Counted from the stretch's first letter, positions 9,343-18,477 are shown. The stretch: 64,000 bases of DNA from Candidatus Kuenenbacteria bacterium (GCA_012797775.1 JAAZOM010000006.1:12815-76814); one strand, 5' to 3'. A program made the numbers and translations. The notes: generated by a model not told the origin, from the sequence alone.

Positions 9343-9533
9343 TTATTATGTAATACTTTTAAAAGCAATTTTTGCCTATATTTCCTTCAACAGTGGCGAA
9401 AGTGAAGACACCCCTCCTTGTCAGATCAATTAGCCGCAAGTCCAGGGTAGCTGGGTTCTCCCAGTCTATTCTGGCACTGTTGGGGGTAATATGGGCAAAA
9501 GAAACCCCGCGACGATTATCGGCGCGGGGTTTT
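9343..9533 (+). ncRNA. Candidate small RNA of unknown class, about 190 nt, running from the promoter to a strong terminator.
   Basis: Bounded by the consensus promoter upstream and the aaaccccgcg-acgattatcgg-cgcggggtttt terminator downstream. GC-rich relative to its surroundings, with internal complementarity. No credible ORF. Confidence 0.35.
9502..9533. terminator. Bidirectional intrinsic terminator.
   Basis: 7-bp GC stem (ccccgcg/cgcgggg), flanked by an A-run on one side and a T-run on the other. It ends the minus-strand dipeptidase gene and also the + strand candidate sRNA. Confidence 0.75.
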
Positions 9534-9542
9534 AGGTTAATA

Positions 9543-10619
9543 TTATTTTATGGCCGCTTTCAGCCATTCTTTTGCGTTAGTTCTCATTATGCCTTTTATT
9601 TGCTCATCTTGAAAGCCAAATCGTTCAGAAAGCGCGTCGGCAATTTTTACCAAATCTTCTGGCCCCTTTATATCCGTGGTTAGTCCCGGCGGCAATCCGC
9701 CAAAATCACTGCCAATTGCCAAGCGATTTGGTTGCCCAGTTTTTTGGGCTACCTGATCTATCCTTCGGGCTATATGTTCTGCGCCCGAAAAAAATGGTTG
9801 GGAAACACCTAATCCTATCATGCCGCCCATTTTAATAATCCTTTCAACCTCTTCTTCCTTGAGAGCCCTTTCGCCAATCCTGTTAATCCAATCAGCCGAA
9901 ATGTCTTCTTCGGTGGAGCCATGCGTGTATGACACGCGATTGCCGGCATCTGCTTCCTCCGCTATATCCATCACTTCTTGCCTAGTTTTATAACCAGAAT
10001 GTGCCAAATCAACCACTAAATGATTATCCAAAAAATATTTTACCACCTGCCGACCGAATTGTGTCAGGCCACCTTTGCTGGTGATAGTATTCTGTGTCTC
10101 GTCACCACCATACTGTAAACCAAATATTTTTATGCCTGCATCAACCATTTTCTTTGCGTCTTCACCAGAGTGGATTAAATGCGCTCCGCCCTCCAGCGTC
10201 ATTACCAAATTATTTTTTTCCTGAAAATCTCCGCCTCCTCTAATTATTTGCATGCCAGGGATTGCTCCTAGCCCGTGGTATTTTTCCGTCATTTCTATTA
10301 GTTCTCTAAATCTCTGGTTTTGTTCCGGGTTTACTTCATTTTGATATAAATATTTATCAAAAACTGAGGACACAACCACGTCGTAATATCTATTAATTAA
10401 TTCCGCCATCAATTCGTTATATTCGCCCCAACTCAATTCCTCAGCCTTTTTTCCAAATTTTTCCTCTACTTGAGATTTGGTTATGCCAAACTGCTCTATT
10501 CTGTCTGTGATATTGGCACCGTAGATTCTCTCGCCATTGTCTCCAATTTTATATTCCTGCCCTTCTCCTTTGGGTCGGTATGCGTCTGTATGCAGAGTCG
10601 AAGTCAGTTGCTCGTTCAT
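9543..10619 (-). CDS. Membrane dipeptidase homologue (peptidase family M19-like).
   Basis: LAIGSDFGGLPPG resembles the M19 GxGSDFDG block. VVDLAHSG and SYTHGST resemble the VDLSH and SHS blocks. An extra roughly 100-aa N-terminal region is present. Confidence 0.6.
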   Translation of the reverse strand: MNEQLTSTLHTDAYRPKGEGQEYKIGDNGERIYGANITDRIEQFGITKSQVEEKFGKKAEELSWGEYNELMAELINRYYDVVVSSVFDKYLYQNEVNPEQNQRFRELIEMTEKYHGLGAIPGMQIIRGGGDFQEKNNLVMTLEGGAHLIHSGEDAKKMVDAGIKIFGLQYGGDETQNTITSKGGLTQFGRQVVKYFLDNHLVVDLAHSGYKTRQEVMDIAEEADAGNRVSYTHGSTEEDISADWINRIGERALKEEEVERIIKMGGMIGLGVSQPFFSGAEHIARRIDQVAQKTGQPNRLAIGSDFGGLPPGLTTDIKGPEDLVKIADALSERFGFQDEQIKGIMRTNAKEWLKAAIK

Positions 10620-10623
10620 ATTT

Positions 10624-12084
10624 TTATGTTAAATTATTAAATTTATTTTCAAAGATTTTTTTTAGATCAGCTTCTGTATATGGGAGAGGCACGGCATTTT
10701 CTAAATTTCCATATTTACTCAAACCATAGGTATAAGCAAAAGCTAGATAGGGGATTAATAGATCTTTGTATTGAATGCGACCTATTTTGTTTAGTACTCT
10801 CTTGTCAAAACCGCCATTAAAAATAACATCAAAAGCGTAAAGTTCCTTCCAGCCACCATGGCCATCAGAACCGAGGGTTATCGAAGCCACATTCATACTA
10901 TTCAAGACGATTTTTTCTGAAAGTTGGTATTCGTCAGGAAAATCTTCTTTCAATAGTTCTCTGATGGCCCTGACCATGCGTGTAGTATATTCCAAAGAAA
11001 AACCAGTCAACGTCTTCATGCCCAAATAAACTATTACTAGGGCAAATTTTAAAAGCATACAGGGGATTAATTTTCTCTCTGTTAATAATTTAATAATTGC
11101 TTCTGGCATTATTGGTATTCTGTGTTCTGCGCCAACCAAATATTCCCCTTCGACCGTCAGGCGCACACGCTTGTTGTCATCATCCACCAACCAAAACAAT
11201 TGGCTACCGACTTCTTTTTCATCGTTCCAAGCGCCGGGTATACCTTCAAATTTTTTTAAAGCCCTTGTTCTAAAATTATTATCAAAAATCATTTGATAAA
11301 TAAAACTATTTTGTTGTTTCCTGATTAATGCTATTAAATAGTCAGTAAAAACCGTGTCCTCAATAACCACCAGATTGGCAATTTGTTTCCGGTCTTCTAG
11401 CGGGAATAATCTTTTCCATAAATAAAAATTTATTTTGGTCATTTCATCGCCCAAATATTGGCAACCGGACAAATCCAAACCTCTTAATTCCCCCGTTATT
11501 TCTTCCAAAAATTTTTGCTCCTCGGTATTAAATAAATGCCATTGATGTTTTTCTTTTAATCTGCCAGCTATATCAAAATCATATTTGGGCATGCCCCACA
11601 TCAGCTTGTGTTCATATTTTTTGGGGAATAAATTTATTTTTTTGTCATGGAAAATTATTCCTCTTTTATGAAAGGGATCGTTAAACGGTACTTTGGAAGT
11701 GGCAAAAGTCAAAATGTCACCGAACTCTTCTCGATTATATAGCTTATAAAAATTTGTTAAGGCGTGAATCGAGGTCAAAATCGGGTGGTTCAAAATCCCA
11801 TGGTGATCCATACTGCCGGCTATTAGACCCCCCTCATCAGTTAAGCGTAAGTCAATATTTTTTCTTTCCCCCGGATTAAAAATAGATTCTATTTTATTCC
11901 TAATTAATATTTTTAGTTCTTTTTGCCGCTCGATGTGTGGCGCAGGTGCATCGTAAGTATTGATCCTCCTAGAATATTCGCTCAAGGTTTCCTCACTACG
12001 AAAAAACTGTGCCAAGGTCGGCATCAGTTCCACTACCAGATTAGCCATGTTATTTAATCCTGGATCATCGTAAAATTTTTCCAT
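10624..12084 (-). CDS. Hypothetical protein, 486 aa.
   Basis: Long ORF with no recognisable motifs. Start trimmed to the internal Met (MEKFYDD...) at 12084 so that it does not run into the tRNA at 12090-12164. Confidence 0.5.
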   Translation of the reverse strand: MEKFYDDPGLNNMANLVVELMPTLAQFFRSEETLSEYSRRINTYDAPAPHIERQKELKILIRNKIESIFNPGERKNIDLRLTDEGGLIAGSMDHHGILNHPILTSIHALTNFYKLYNREEFGDILTFATSKVPFNDPFHKRGIIFHDKKINLFPKKYEHKLMWGMPKYDFDIAGRLKEKHQWHLFNTEEQKFLEEITGELRGLDLSGCQYLGDEMTKINFYLWKRLFPLEDRKQIANLVVIEDTVFTDYLIALIRKQQNSFIYQMIFDNNFRTRALKKFEGIPGAWNDEKEVGSQLFWLVDDDNKRVRLTVEGEYLVGAEHRIPIMPEAIIKLLTERKLIPCMLLKFALVIVYLGMKTLTGFSLEYTTRMVRAIRELLKEDFPDEYQLSEKIVLNSMNVASITLGSDGHGGWKELYAFDVIFNGGFDKRVLNKIGRIQYKDLLIPYLAFAYTYGLSKYGNLENAVPLPYTEADLKKIFENKFNNLT

Positions 12085-12089
12085 ATTTT

Positions 12090-12164
12090 TGGCGGCCCGT
12101 GAGGGAATCAAACCCCCGTCTCCCTAAAAACATTAGGGTGTCCTAAACACTAGACGAACAGGCC
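12090..12164 (-). tRNA. tRNA, probably Asn (anticodon GTT), with atypical U37 and U56.
   Basis: Manual cloverleaf: GGCCTGT/ACGGGCC acceptor stem, GTCT/GGAC D stem, CCCTA-ATGTTTT-TAGGG anticodon arm, GGGGG-TTTGATT-CCCTC T arm, discriminator G and encoded CCA. Total 75 nt. Confidence 0.6.
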
Positions 12165-12207
12165 ATATTGACTTATCTTATAATAATTTTTTACTACTTA
12201 CAAATTT

Positions 12208-13674
12208 TTATTTTATTTTCCTCACTATTCCCTTGTCCGCATCTACCTCTACCAGATCCCCGTCTCGTAAAATCTGCGTAGCAACTTTAGTGCCGATCAC
12301 ACACGGAACAGCCAACTCCCTAGCTACGATTGCCGCGTGGCAAGTTATTCCACCCATATCAGTCACAATTGCCGCCGCCTTTTTCATAGCGGGTACAACA
12401 CTGGGGTTTGTCATGTGTGAGACTAAAACATTTCCAGCGTGCATTTTAGCCATCTCTTGCATGGTATTAATAATTTTTACTCTTCCTTTTGCACTACCTC
12501 CATAAGCTGTTTGCCCCCGCAACTCTTCCTCGGATGCAATCTCTTCTTGGTATTTTTGAATTTTTATTTTTTTCATTATTTGTTTAGCTTCCTTGCCAAC
12601 CCAGCAAGCTGTTTTCCCCTTATGGGCTATGGTCAAGCTGTAATTCTGTCTCCCTGTTGTCATTTTGGCCAACTTGTTATTTTTAGACAGTGCTTGTTTA
12701 AAATCGCTAGGCAGTAAAAATCTGACTTGTTCTAAAGTGACTCCTGCCCGCTTAGCGACCTCTCTGAAAATATTTTCCATAGCATAATAACTAAAAAACT
12801 GGGCATCTTTGCTGTATAATCTGACGGACAGAGAATCCCTTACTATTTTAAAAATCTTTTCATGTGTTTTCCCAACATTGTATAAATGCTCAACCTCTCT
12901 TTGCTCCCTTAATAATTTTGCTGTTTCTCGTTCTAGTTTTTTCTCATAATCTTCATATTTTATTTTTTCTAAAGATTCTTCAAAATCTGCCAACATTAAT
13001 ATTTTACCTTGTAGCCCATATTCTAGCCACTCATATTTTTTGGCGTGCCGTTTCAGGAGCTTCTTTTGCACCCCATTATTTTTTACTTTGGCAATTTTGG
13101 ACAACTCTTTTTTTTCTTTTATCCAATTGCTTTCTCCTGTCGGAGTAGTCAAAATTCTCAACGCCTCCTGCGGTGGGTACTTTATTTTTCTTGTCTCTTG
13201 GTATATTTCATCCAAATAATCATGCAAGTAATTAGTAATAATATTCTCCGGCGTCTCCAAAATCCACATCGGTAGCCTCGGTACATGCACACTAGCCTGC
13301 CCAGATTGAAAAAGTTTTATCCATTTTATCAGTTCTCTGTTACTCAATTTTTCCGCTCTTATCTTTTTTATAATTTTGCTTAACTTTAGTAGCTTATCGG
13401 AGTTATCTCGGTTAATATCATGTAGCTTGTCCCACAATTTTGGATTATTAAATAAAAGCTGAAAACTACTTCGGTTTACTCGATCATACGATTCCTTCGA
13501 GCAAAAAAGATTACAGGCTGATTTGATATATTCAGCTCCGGCGTATTCTATAGGTTCAAACCCCCATTTTTTAGGTGTCAATGTTGCGCCTTCCCAATTA
13601 ATAGCCACAAATAAATAATTTGCGTAATCTTCTCGTTCAATTAGCTCAAATTTTTTATGGTAGGGTATTTTCAT
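12208..13674 (-). CDS. PEP-utilising-enzyme mobile (phosphohistidine) domain protein with an unknown approximately 380-aa N-terminal region. Paralog 2.
   Basis: The C-terminal ~100 aa (GGITCHAAIVARELAVPCVIGTKVAT...GDLVEVDADKGIVRKIK) is the swivel His domain of PEP synthase, PPDK and rifampin phosphotransferase. Confidence 0.7.
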   Translation of the reverse strand: MKIPYHKKFELIEREDYANYLFVAINWEGATLTPKKWGFEPIEYAGAEYIKSACNLFCSKESYDRVNRSSFQLLFNNPKLWDKLHDINRDNSDKLLKLSKIIKKIRAEKLSNRELIKWIKLFQSGQASVHVPRLPMWILETPENIITNYLHDYLDEIYQETRKIKYPPQEALRILTTPTGESNWIKEKKELSKIAKVKNNGVQKKLLKRHAKKYEWLEYGLQGKILMLADFEESLEKIKYEDYEKKLERETAKLLREQREVEHLYNVGKTHEKIFKIVRDSLSVRLYSKDAQFFSYYAMENIFREVAKRAGVTLEQVRFLLPSDFKQALSKNNKLAKMTTGRQNYSLTIAHKGKTACWVGKEAKQIMKKIKIQKYQEEIASEEELRGQTAYGGSAKGRVKIINTMQEMAKMHAGNVLVSHMTNPSVVPAMKKAAAIVTDMGGITCHAAIVARELAVPCVIGTKVATQILRDGDLVEVDADKGIVRKIK

Positions 13675-13759
13675 ATTTTTATTGTTTTATTTTTTACAAC
13701 GTCGTTATCGGCCTAAATCGCTAGATTCATTTCATCTTTGGTTATCTCTTGTCGCATTA

Positions 13760-13781
13760 TTCTGTACCCATCTGTACAGAA
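13760..13781. promoter_or_regulatory. Perfect 8-bp inverted repeat TTCTGTAC-N6-GTACAGAA, an operator-like site.
   Basis: Seen directly in the sequence about 90 nt upstream of the start of the 12208-13674 gene. Confidence 0.35.
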
Positions 13782-13836
13782 TAAAATAATGTCAAATTTT
13801 CTAGCACTGGGTGAAGACCAAATTCGTTTATTTTTT

Positions 13837-13879
13837 AGTCTAAATATTAGTCTAAAGTTTGGTCTAATCTATAGTCTAA
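13837..13879. repeat. Four direct repeats of RGTCTAA with an exact 12-bp phase.
   Basis: agtctaa, agtctaa, ggtctaa and agtctaa start at 13837, 13849, 13861 and 13873. They lie between two PEP-utiliser genes and overlap the stop of the upstream one. Confidence 0.6.
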
Positions 13880-14907
13880 TTTTTCATTTTTCTCACTATT
13901 CCTTTATTCGCATCCACTTCTACCAGATCGCCATCTTTTAGAGCTTTCGTCGCGATTTTTGTCCCCACAATGCAAGGAATTTTTAATTCTCTAGAAATTA
14001 TGGCCGCATGACAGGTTGCTCCCCCTTCATCAGTAATAATTGCTGCAGCTTTTTGAATAATTGGTATGAACATTTGATTTGTCATGGTGGCGACCAGAAT
14101 GTCATTTTTTTTAATTTTTGGAAAATCAGACTTATTTTTTATAATTTTAACCCGCCCATTTTTTATTCCCGGAAACGCTATAGCCCCCCTTAGGTTTTTA
14201 TTTAAATTAAATTTATTTTTTTCTTTTAGACCCAGAGAAACGGCCATTTTTTTAGCTTCATTCCCAATCACAAGTAAATTTTTATCCGCATAATATAAAT
14301 AAGCTGTCTGACGCGCGGCCGCCCTACTATAATCAATTAGTTTGTTAGAAATCAATAGTTGTATTTCCATTAAGCTCAGGCTGTTAATTATTTTTGTGTT
14401 TATATTTTTAAAACTGCGAGCAGTTTTAAAAATATAAACGCCAAGCTCTACCCATATACCCTGAATCTTATGCTTAATTATTTTTTGACGATACTCTGGA
14501 TTTTCCTCCAAGAATTTTTTATTTAAAGCGTATCCTATATAAGCACATATAATATAGTAAGCCCAGTATTTTATCATTATATGTTTTATTTTTTTATGAT
14601 CAAAACGTAGGGATTTCCCATCTATAATTTTTTGAATTTTTTTTTCGCAATCGTTTATTTTATTGAAATAAGTTAGATATTTTTTGGGATAAATTTTTAT
14701 CTCCCGCTCGATTTTTTTTATTATTCTTTTGTATTGAAAAACATTTCGGTATATTTCGCAGACATTGTTTTCGGCAAAATAATAAACACGACTAAAGGGT
14801 GATTTTAAAATTCTCCCAACCAATTTATAAGCCCCCAAATGAGTTTCCATCAAAAAGAAAGGCAGTTCCCTGGTAATTTTTTCATATTGATCTCGCTTTA
14901 TAGGCAT
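13876..14907 (-). CDS. PEP-utilising-enzyme mobile (phosphohistidine) domain protein. Paralog 1.
   Basis: The C-terminus (GGATCHAAIISRELKIPCIVGTKIAT...GDLVEVDANKGIVRKMK) is nearly identical to the C-terminus of 12208-13674. The N-terminal ~240 aa is of unknown function. Confidence 0.7.
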   Translation of the reverse strand: MPIKRDQYEKITRELPFFLMETHLGAYKLVGRILKSPFSRVYYFAENNVCEIYRNVFQYKRIIKKIEREIKIYPKKYLTYFNKINDCEKKIQKIIDGKSLRFDHKKIKHIMIKYWAYYIICAYIGYALNKKFLEENPEYRQKIIKHKIQGIWVELGVYIFKTARSFKNINTKIINSLSLMEIQLLISNKLIDYSRAAARQTAYLYYADKNLLVIGNEAKKMAVSLGLKEKNKFNLNKNLRGAIAFPGIKNGRVKIIKNKSDFPKIKKNDILVATMTNQMFIPIIQKAAAIITDEGGATCHAAIISRELKIPCIVGTKIATKALKDGDLVEVDANKGIVRKMKN

Positions 14908-14967
14908 ACATTATAAATTATTTTTTTGGCCATTTTTAGGATTATTATCGTCTGCCCGCCACATTTA

Positions 14968-15906
14968 CTACAAAGTAGTAATCGGTCGGCTCTGGGTAAT
15001 ATACAAGTTATTTTTCTCCATCGCCCACTCAATATCGCAGGGAAAGCCATAATGTTTTTCAATTTGCCCGCACAATTTGGCTAGCTCAATGATTTTTTTG
15101 CCTGGCAATTTTTGTTTCTCCTGGATATTTTTGGCCACCTTGGCGTGAATAGTTACCTCGCCTTTTTTGGTGATCATCATAACTTGGCTCGCAATATTAA
15201 TATCCATTATTGACCAATCGCGCTTGTCCAGCACGTAAGAATCTGGTGTTATCTGCCCAGACACGATCGCCTCACCGAGCCCAAAGCCTGCTTCCAAAAT
15301 CATCTGGTTTTTGTCTTTAGTCACCGGATGGACCGTAAAACAGATTCCCGACACCTCTGATTGCACCATCTTTTGTACGACCACTGCGACAGACACATGG
15401 GATTTGAGGAGTTTTTTCTCATGGCGATAAAAAATCGCCCTTGGGGTAAACAAAGACGACCAGCATTTTTTGACATTATTCAATAATTCTTTTTCTGTTG
15501 TATTGAGATAGGTTTCCAATTCCCCAGCCCAGGAAGCAGTCTTAGAATCTTCCGCTGTGGCCGAACTTCGAACTGCCACATAAGGCGCTTTGAGTTTTTT
15601 AAATTCACTCGTTATTTCTTTGCCCAGATCAGCTGGGAATTTTGTATCAGCAATCATATCTCGGATTTCATTGGACGCTCGATCCACCGAATTAGTGTCT
15701 TTATAATTTACCTTATCCAGCTCTGCCTGAATTTCTTGTTTCAAATCAGTTTCTTCCAAAAATCGATCAAAGGCCGTAGCCAAAACCACAAAGCCCGGCG
15801 GCACTGGAATTTTGGCGTTTAGCATTTCTCCAAGCGACGCGCCCTTGCCCCCAGCAATCCCTACATCTTTTTTAGTAATTTCTCGGAAATTTTTGGTGAA
15901 TTGCAT
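14968..15906 (-). CDS. Stand-alone PEP/pyruvate-binding (PPDK_N-type ATP-grasp) domain protein.
   Basis: VGIAGGKGASLGEM...IPVPPGFVVLATAF...VAVRSSATAEDSKTASWAGELETYLN matches the N-terminal nucleotide-binding domain of PEP synthase and rifampin phosphotransferase. Confidence 0.75.
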   Translation of the reverse strand: MQFTKNFREITKKDVGIAGGKGASLGEMLNAKIPVPPGFVVLATAFDRFLEETDLKQEIQAELDKVNYKDTNSVDRASNEIRDMIADTKFPADLGKEITSEFKKLKAPYVAVRSSATAEDSKTASWAGELETYLNTTEKELLNNVKKCWSSLFTPRAIFYRHEKKLLKSHVSVAVVVQKMVQSEVSGICFTVHPVTKDKNQMILEAGFGLGEAIVSGQITPDSYVLDKRDWSIMDINIASQVMMITKKGEVTIHAKVAKNIQEKQKLPGKKIIELAKLCGQIEKHYGFPCDIEWAMEKNNLYITQSRPITTL

Positions 15907-16090
15907 AGGATTTTACTTAATTTATTTATATTTTAATTCTACCAAATCTAGCCAAAAAAGCCACAAAAAGGTGAATTATGAAGAATGAATTAAGAATTAT
16001 GGTTAAAAACTGAGCAATTTATATCCCATGATTTAGTTTAAAAGCAAAACAATCTGAAGGCATAATTCATAATTCTAAATTCATAATTCA

Positions 16091-16125
16091 AAAAAGAGCG
16101 CAGTCGCCCACGCTCTTTTTTTCTG
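16091..16125. terminator. Bidirectional intrinsic terminator.
   Basis: aaaaaagagcg-cagtcgccca-cgctcttttttt hairpin, downstream of the 16166-17764 gene. Confidence 0.65.
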
Positions 16126-16165
16126 TATTGTTCCGCGCCTCTTTCGTTTCCGTGTTAGTTCCGTT

Positions 16166-17764
16166 TTAGTTGCAGCTGCCTGCCGGCGCGCTTGTCGCAC
16201 TCTGGCCTGTCAGCGTTTTCTCACAGCCAGCTACATCATTGTACTGGCAGAAATTTTTTCTGACTGTTTCGGCATCGATACCATTAAAAGTATAACGGTT
16301 ATTGACCATCCAGGTCGGACTGGCGCCGATATTCAATTCATTGGCCAGTTTTATATTTTCACTCAAGAGTTTTTTACCCTCATCGCCAGTAGCGCAGGCC
16401 TTGATCTTCCCGAAATTGGCCGCGCAGGTCGTCCAGTCGCCCTTGATATCTTTGTTGCGGCACCAGACATAATCCATAAAATTACTTGGGTAATATTTGG
16501 CCGCACATAACTCGCGGATATTTTCATCTACCTCACCCTGCCCATGGAGAGATTGGAAGGTGCCGTCAGCCTTTTCATTGGCAATATAGTAAAGATTGAA
16601 ATCAATATTCTGGCCAAAATTGTCCAGCACTTCTTTCATCGCATTCATCGCCTGGATACCATAGGGGCACTCGCTCATCACAAATAGATCCAATCTTTTT
16701 GTCTCTTCTGTCCGACAACCTAGAAACCCCGCGCAGTCGCTGTCATCGCAGTCCACTTGACCATTGCCCGTATCATCAGTCTTGTTATCGCAGATTTCTT
16801 TGGTCGGGTTGAAGCTCGCGCCAATAGCTAGATTGTACAGATCTTCTGTTTGCGTCAGATATCTTTCTACTTGGCTATATCCTTCGGCCTCTTTTACTTT
16901 CTCCTCAAAAAGCACGGCTGGCAAAAGAGCCAATTTGTATTTTTCATAAAACTTCTTGCCTTCTTCGGTGTTATAATCTTTTCTTTCAATTTTGATCTTT
17001 GGGAAAACGCCCGTGAGCTGGCTCTCTAGCCCGGCCGTGTCGCACTCTTCTTTCTGACAGCGGCTATCACCGAGGATATAGGCGGTAAATTCTTTGTCTT
17101 GGGGCAAATCACCGCAGACCTTTGATGGTCTGTTATTGGTCGCCGCACAGATGGCGCGACCAAGGGCCGTCTCTGTCCTCTGGCCAGTGTATTGTTTGCC
17201 GGCGATATAAAATGTTGGGCTGCCGGCCACATTGAGCGCCTGGGCTTTTTCTAGACTGGTAGTCAAAAGACTGGCCGACTCCTCGCCTTCGGCGCAGGTT
17301 TTTATACTTTCAAAATTGGCTCCGATTTCTTTGGCACAAGATTCAAAGCTGGATTTTAGATCCTGATAATTTTTGTTCTGGCAAGCCAGATAATCCCAAA
17401 ACTTATCCGGGTATTTTGTTTTGACACACAATTGGTAACGGTTGCCCTCGACCTCGTTTGGGCCGTGCAAGGATTGGAAGCTGCCGTCTGCTCCCTTGTC
17501 AGCGATGTATTCCACATTAAAATTAACCACCTCTTTGAAATCCGGGATGATTTTATAAACCAATTCCTCGGCTTGTGAGCCATAAGGACACTGGCTCATC
17601 ACATAGAGATCAAAATCGATCTTTTCACCACCCCCATTTTTACCCGCCTTGGTGGCGATATAGCCGCCGATGGCCACTACGATGATGAGAATGGCCAAAA
17701 ACAATATGCCGCGCCCACCGCTCTTTTTTGGCGTGAGAGGGGCGTCTTTTCGCATTTCTTCCAT
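16166..17764 (-). CDS. Signal-anchored protein with two tandem thioredoxin-fold (DsbA/GILT-like) domains carrying a CPYG motif.
   Basis: N-terminal TM helix. A roughly 200-aa module is present twice: DLYVMSQCPYG...FNVEYIA...GSFQSLHG and DLFVMSECPYG...FNLYYIA...GTFQSLHG. The protein is Cys-rich throughout. Confidence 0.55.
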   Translation of the reverse strand: MEEMRKDAPLTPKKSGGRGILFLAILIIVVAIGGYIATKAGKNGGGEKIDFDLYVMSQCPYGSQAEELVYKIIPDFKEVVNFNVEYIADKGADGSFQSLHGPNEVEGNRYQLCVKTKYPDKFWDYLACQNKNYQDLKSSFESCAKEIGANFESIKTCAEGEESASLLTTSLEKAQALNVAGSPTFYIAGKQYTGQRTETALGRAICAATNNRPSKVCGDLPQDKEFTAYILGDSRCQKEECDTAGLESQLTGVFPKIKIERKDYNTEEGKKFYEKYKLALLPAVLFEEKVKEAEGYSQVERYLTQTEDLYNLAIGASFNPTKEICDNKTDDTGNGQVDCDDSDCAGFLGCRTEETKRLDLFVMSECPYGIQAMNAMKEVLDNFGQNIDFNLYYIANEKADGTFQSLHGQGEVDENIRELCAAKYYPSNFMDYVWCRNKDIKGDWTTCAANFGKIKACATGDEGKKLLSENIKLANELNIGASPTWMVNNRYTFNGIDAETVRKNFCQYNDVAGCEKTLTGQSATSAPAGSCN

Positions 17765-17930
17765 AAAAAATAGTTAGTTTGTAAAGAGGACCCACTAGGG
17801 TATTTAGTAATTTACTTTAGCATATTTTAATAATAATTCAAAATTTGAGTAAAATAAAAAACCGGACCTATCTTTTTGGTAGACAGAGTCCGGTTGTTTG
17901 GTTCGGGGGTTTTCGCGATGGTTCTAGGCG

Positions 17931-18422
17931 CTAGCGGCGGGGCAAAATATGCCGCAGTACTTTCCCGACGATTTTTTCGTCGGGCAGTACTGGGTTGCCC
18001 CAGTCGCAGTCCCGGCCTAGCCGCTCGATAATGGCCCGGGTTGAGCCGTCGTTCAGGGGGATGAACTCGACGGCCCAGTCCATCTCGATCATCGACCGGC
18101 TGGACGGCCGGAAGCCCCGACCACTTTTGAGAGAGTCCTCGAACTGAGCCCGGAGTCTCAGGCTCCGCTGGTTTGTCGTGTCCGAGACGGACACAAAAAT
18201 ACGAACCAGTCCCTGCTGTCCTTCCCACAGATGGGGGATAGCCGGGCGGGGGGGCAATGTGGTGGGCAGGGTGGTGTCCGGGGCGGGGGTAAGCGGACCA
18301 ACCGTCGTGTTGATGACGGTGGTGTCGGAGTTGTTGCGGGGGGTGTAGAACAGGTAGGCGCGGAGCAAAAAGAATACTCCGGCCAAAACCAATAACGCCC
18401 CGATGATATACATCTTTTTCAT
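17931..18422 (-). CDS. Hypothetical signal-peptide protein (163 aa) sitting inside the GC-rich island.
   Basis: AGGAG ribosome-binding site 8 nt before the ATG. N-terminal signal/TM segment MKKMYIIGALLVLAGVFFLL. A consensus promoter lies upstream at 18478-18506. Coding sequence is about 60 percent GC. Confidence 0.5.
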   Translation of the reverse strand: MKKMYIIGALLVLAGVFFLLRAYLFYTPRNNSDTTVINTTVGPLTPAPDTTLPTTLPPRPAIPHLWEGQQGLVRIFVSVSDTTNQRSLRLRAQFEDSLKSGRGFRPSSRSMIEMDWAVEFIPLNDGSTRAIIERLGRDCDWGNPVLPDEKIVGKVLRHILPRR

Positions 18423-18477
18423 GACACATTTCTCCTTTTTGGTGATTGCAAATAAAATGAACTATTTTTATGTTAAA

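Noticed and set aside
9372-9683. 103-aa + strand ORF spanning the candidate sRNA and running into the dipeptidase gene.
   Set aside because: It reads through a strong intrinsic terminator and overlaps the well-supported minus-strand dipeptidase gene in antisense. Its composition is not protein-like.
17827-18429. 200-aa ORF on the minus strand overlapping the 163-aa gene in another frame.
   Set aside because: Its translation is low-complexity and rich in Pro, Arg and His, as expected from a GC-rich off-frame reading. It has no ribosome-binding site. The overlapping 163-aa frame has a Shine-Dalgarno site, a signal peptide and a consensus promoter.
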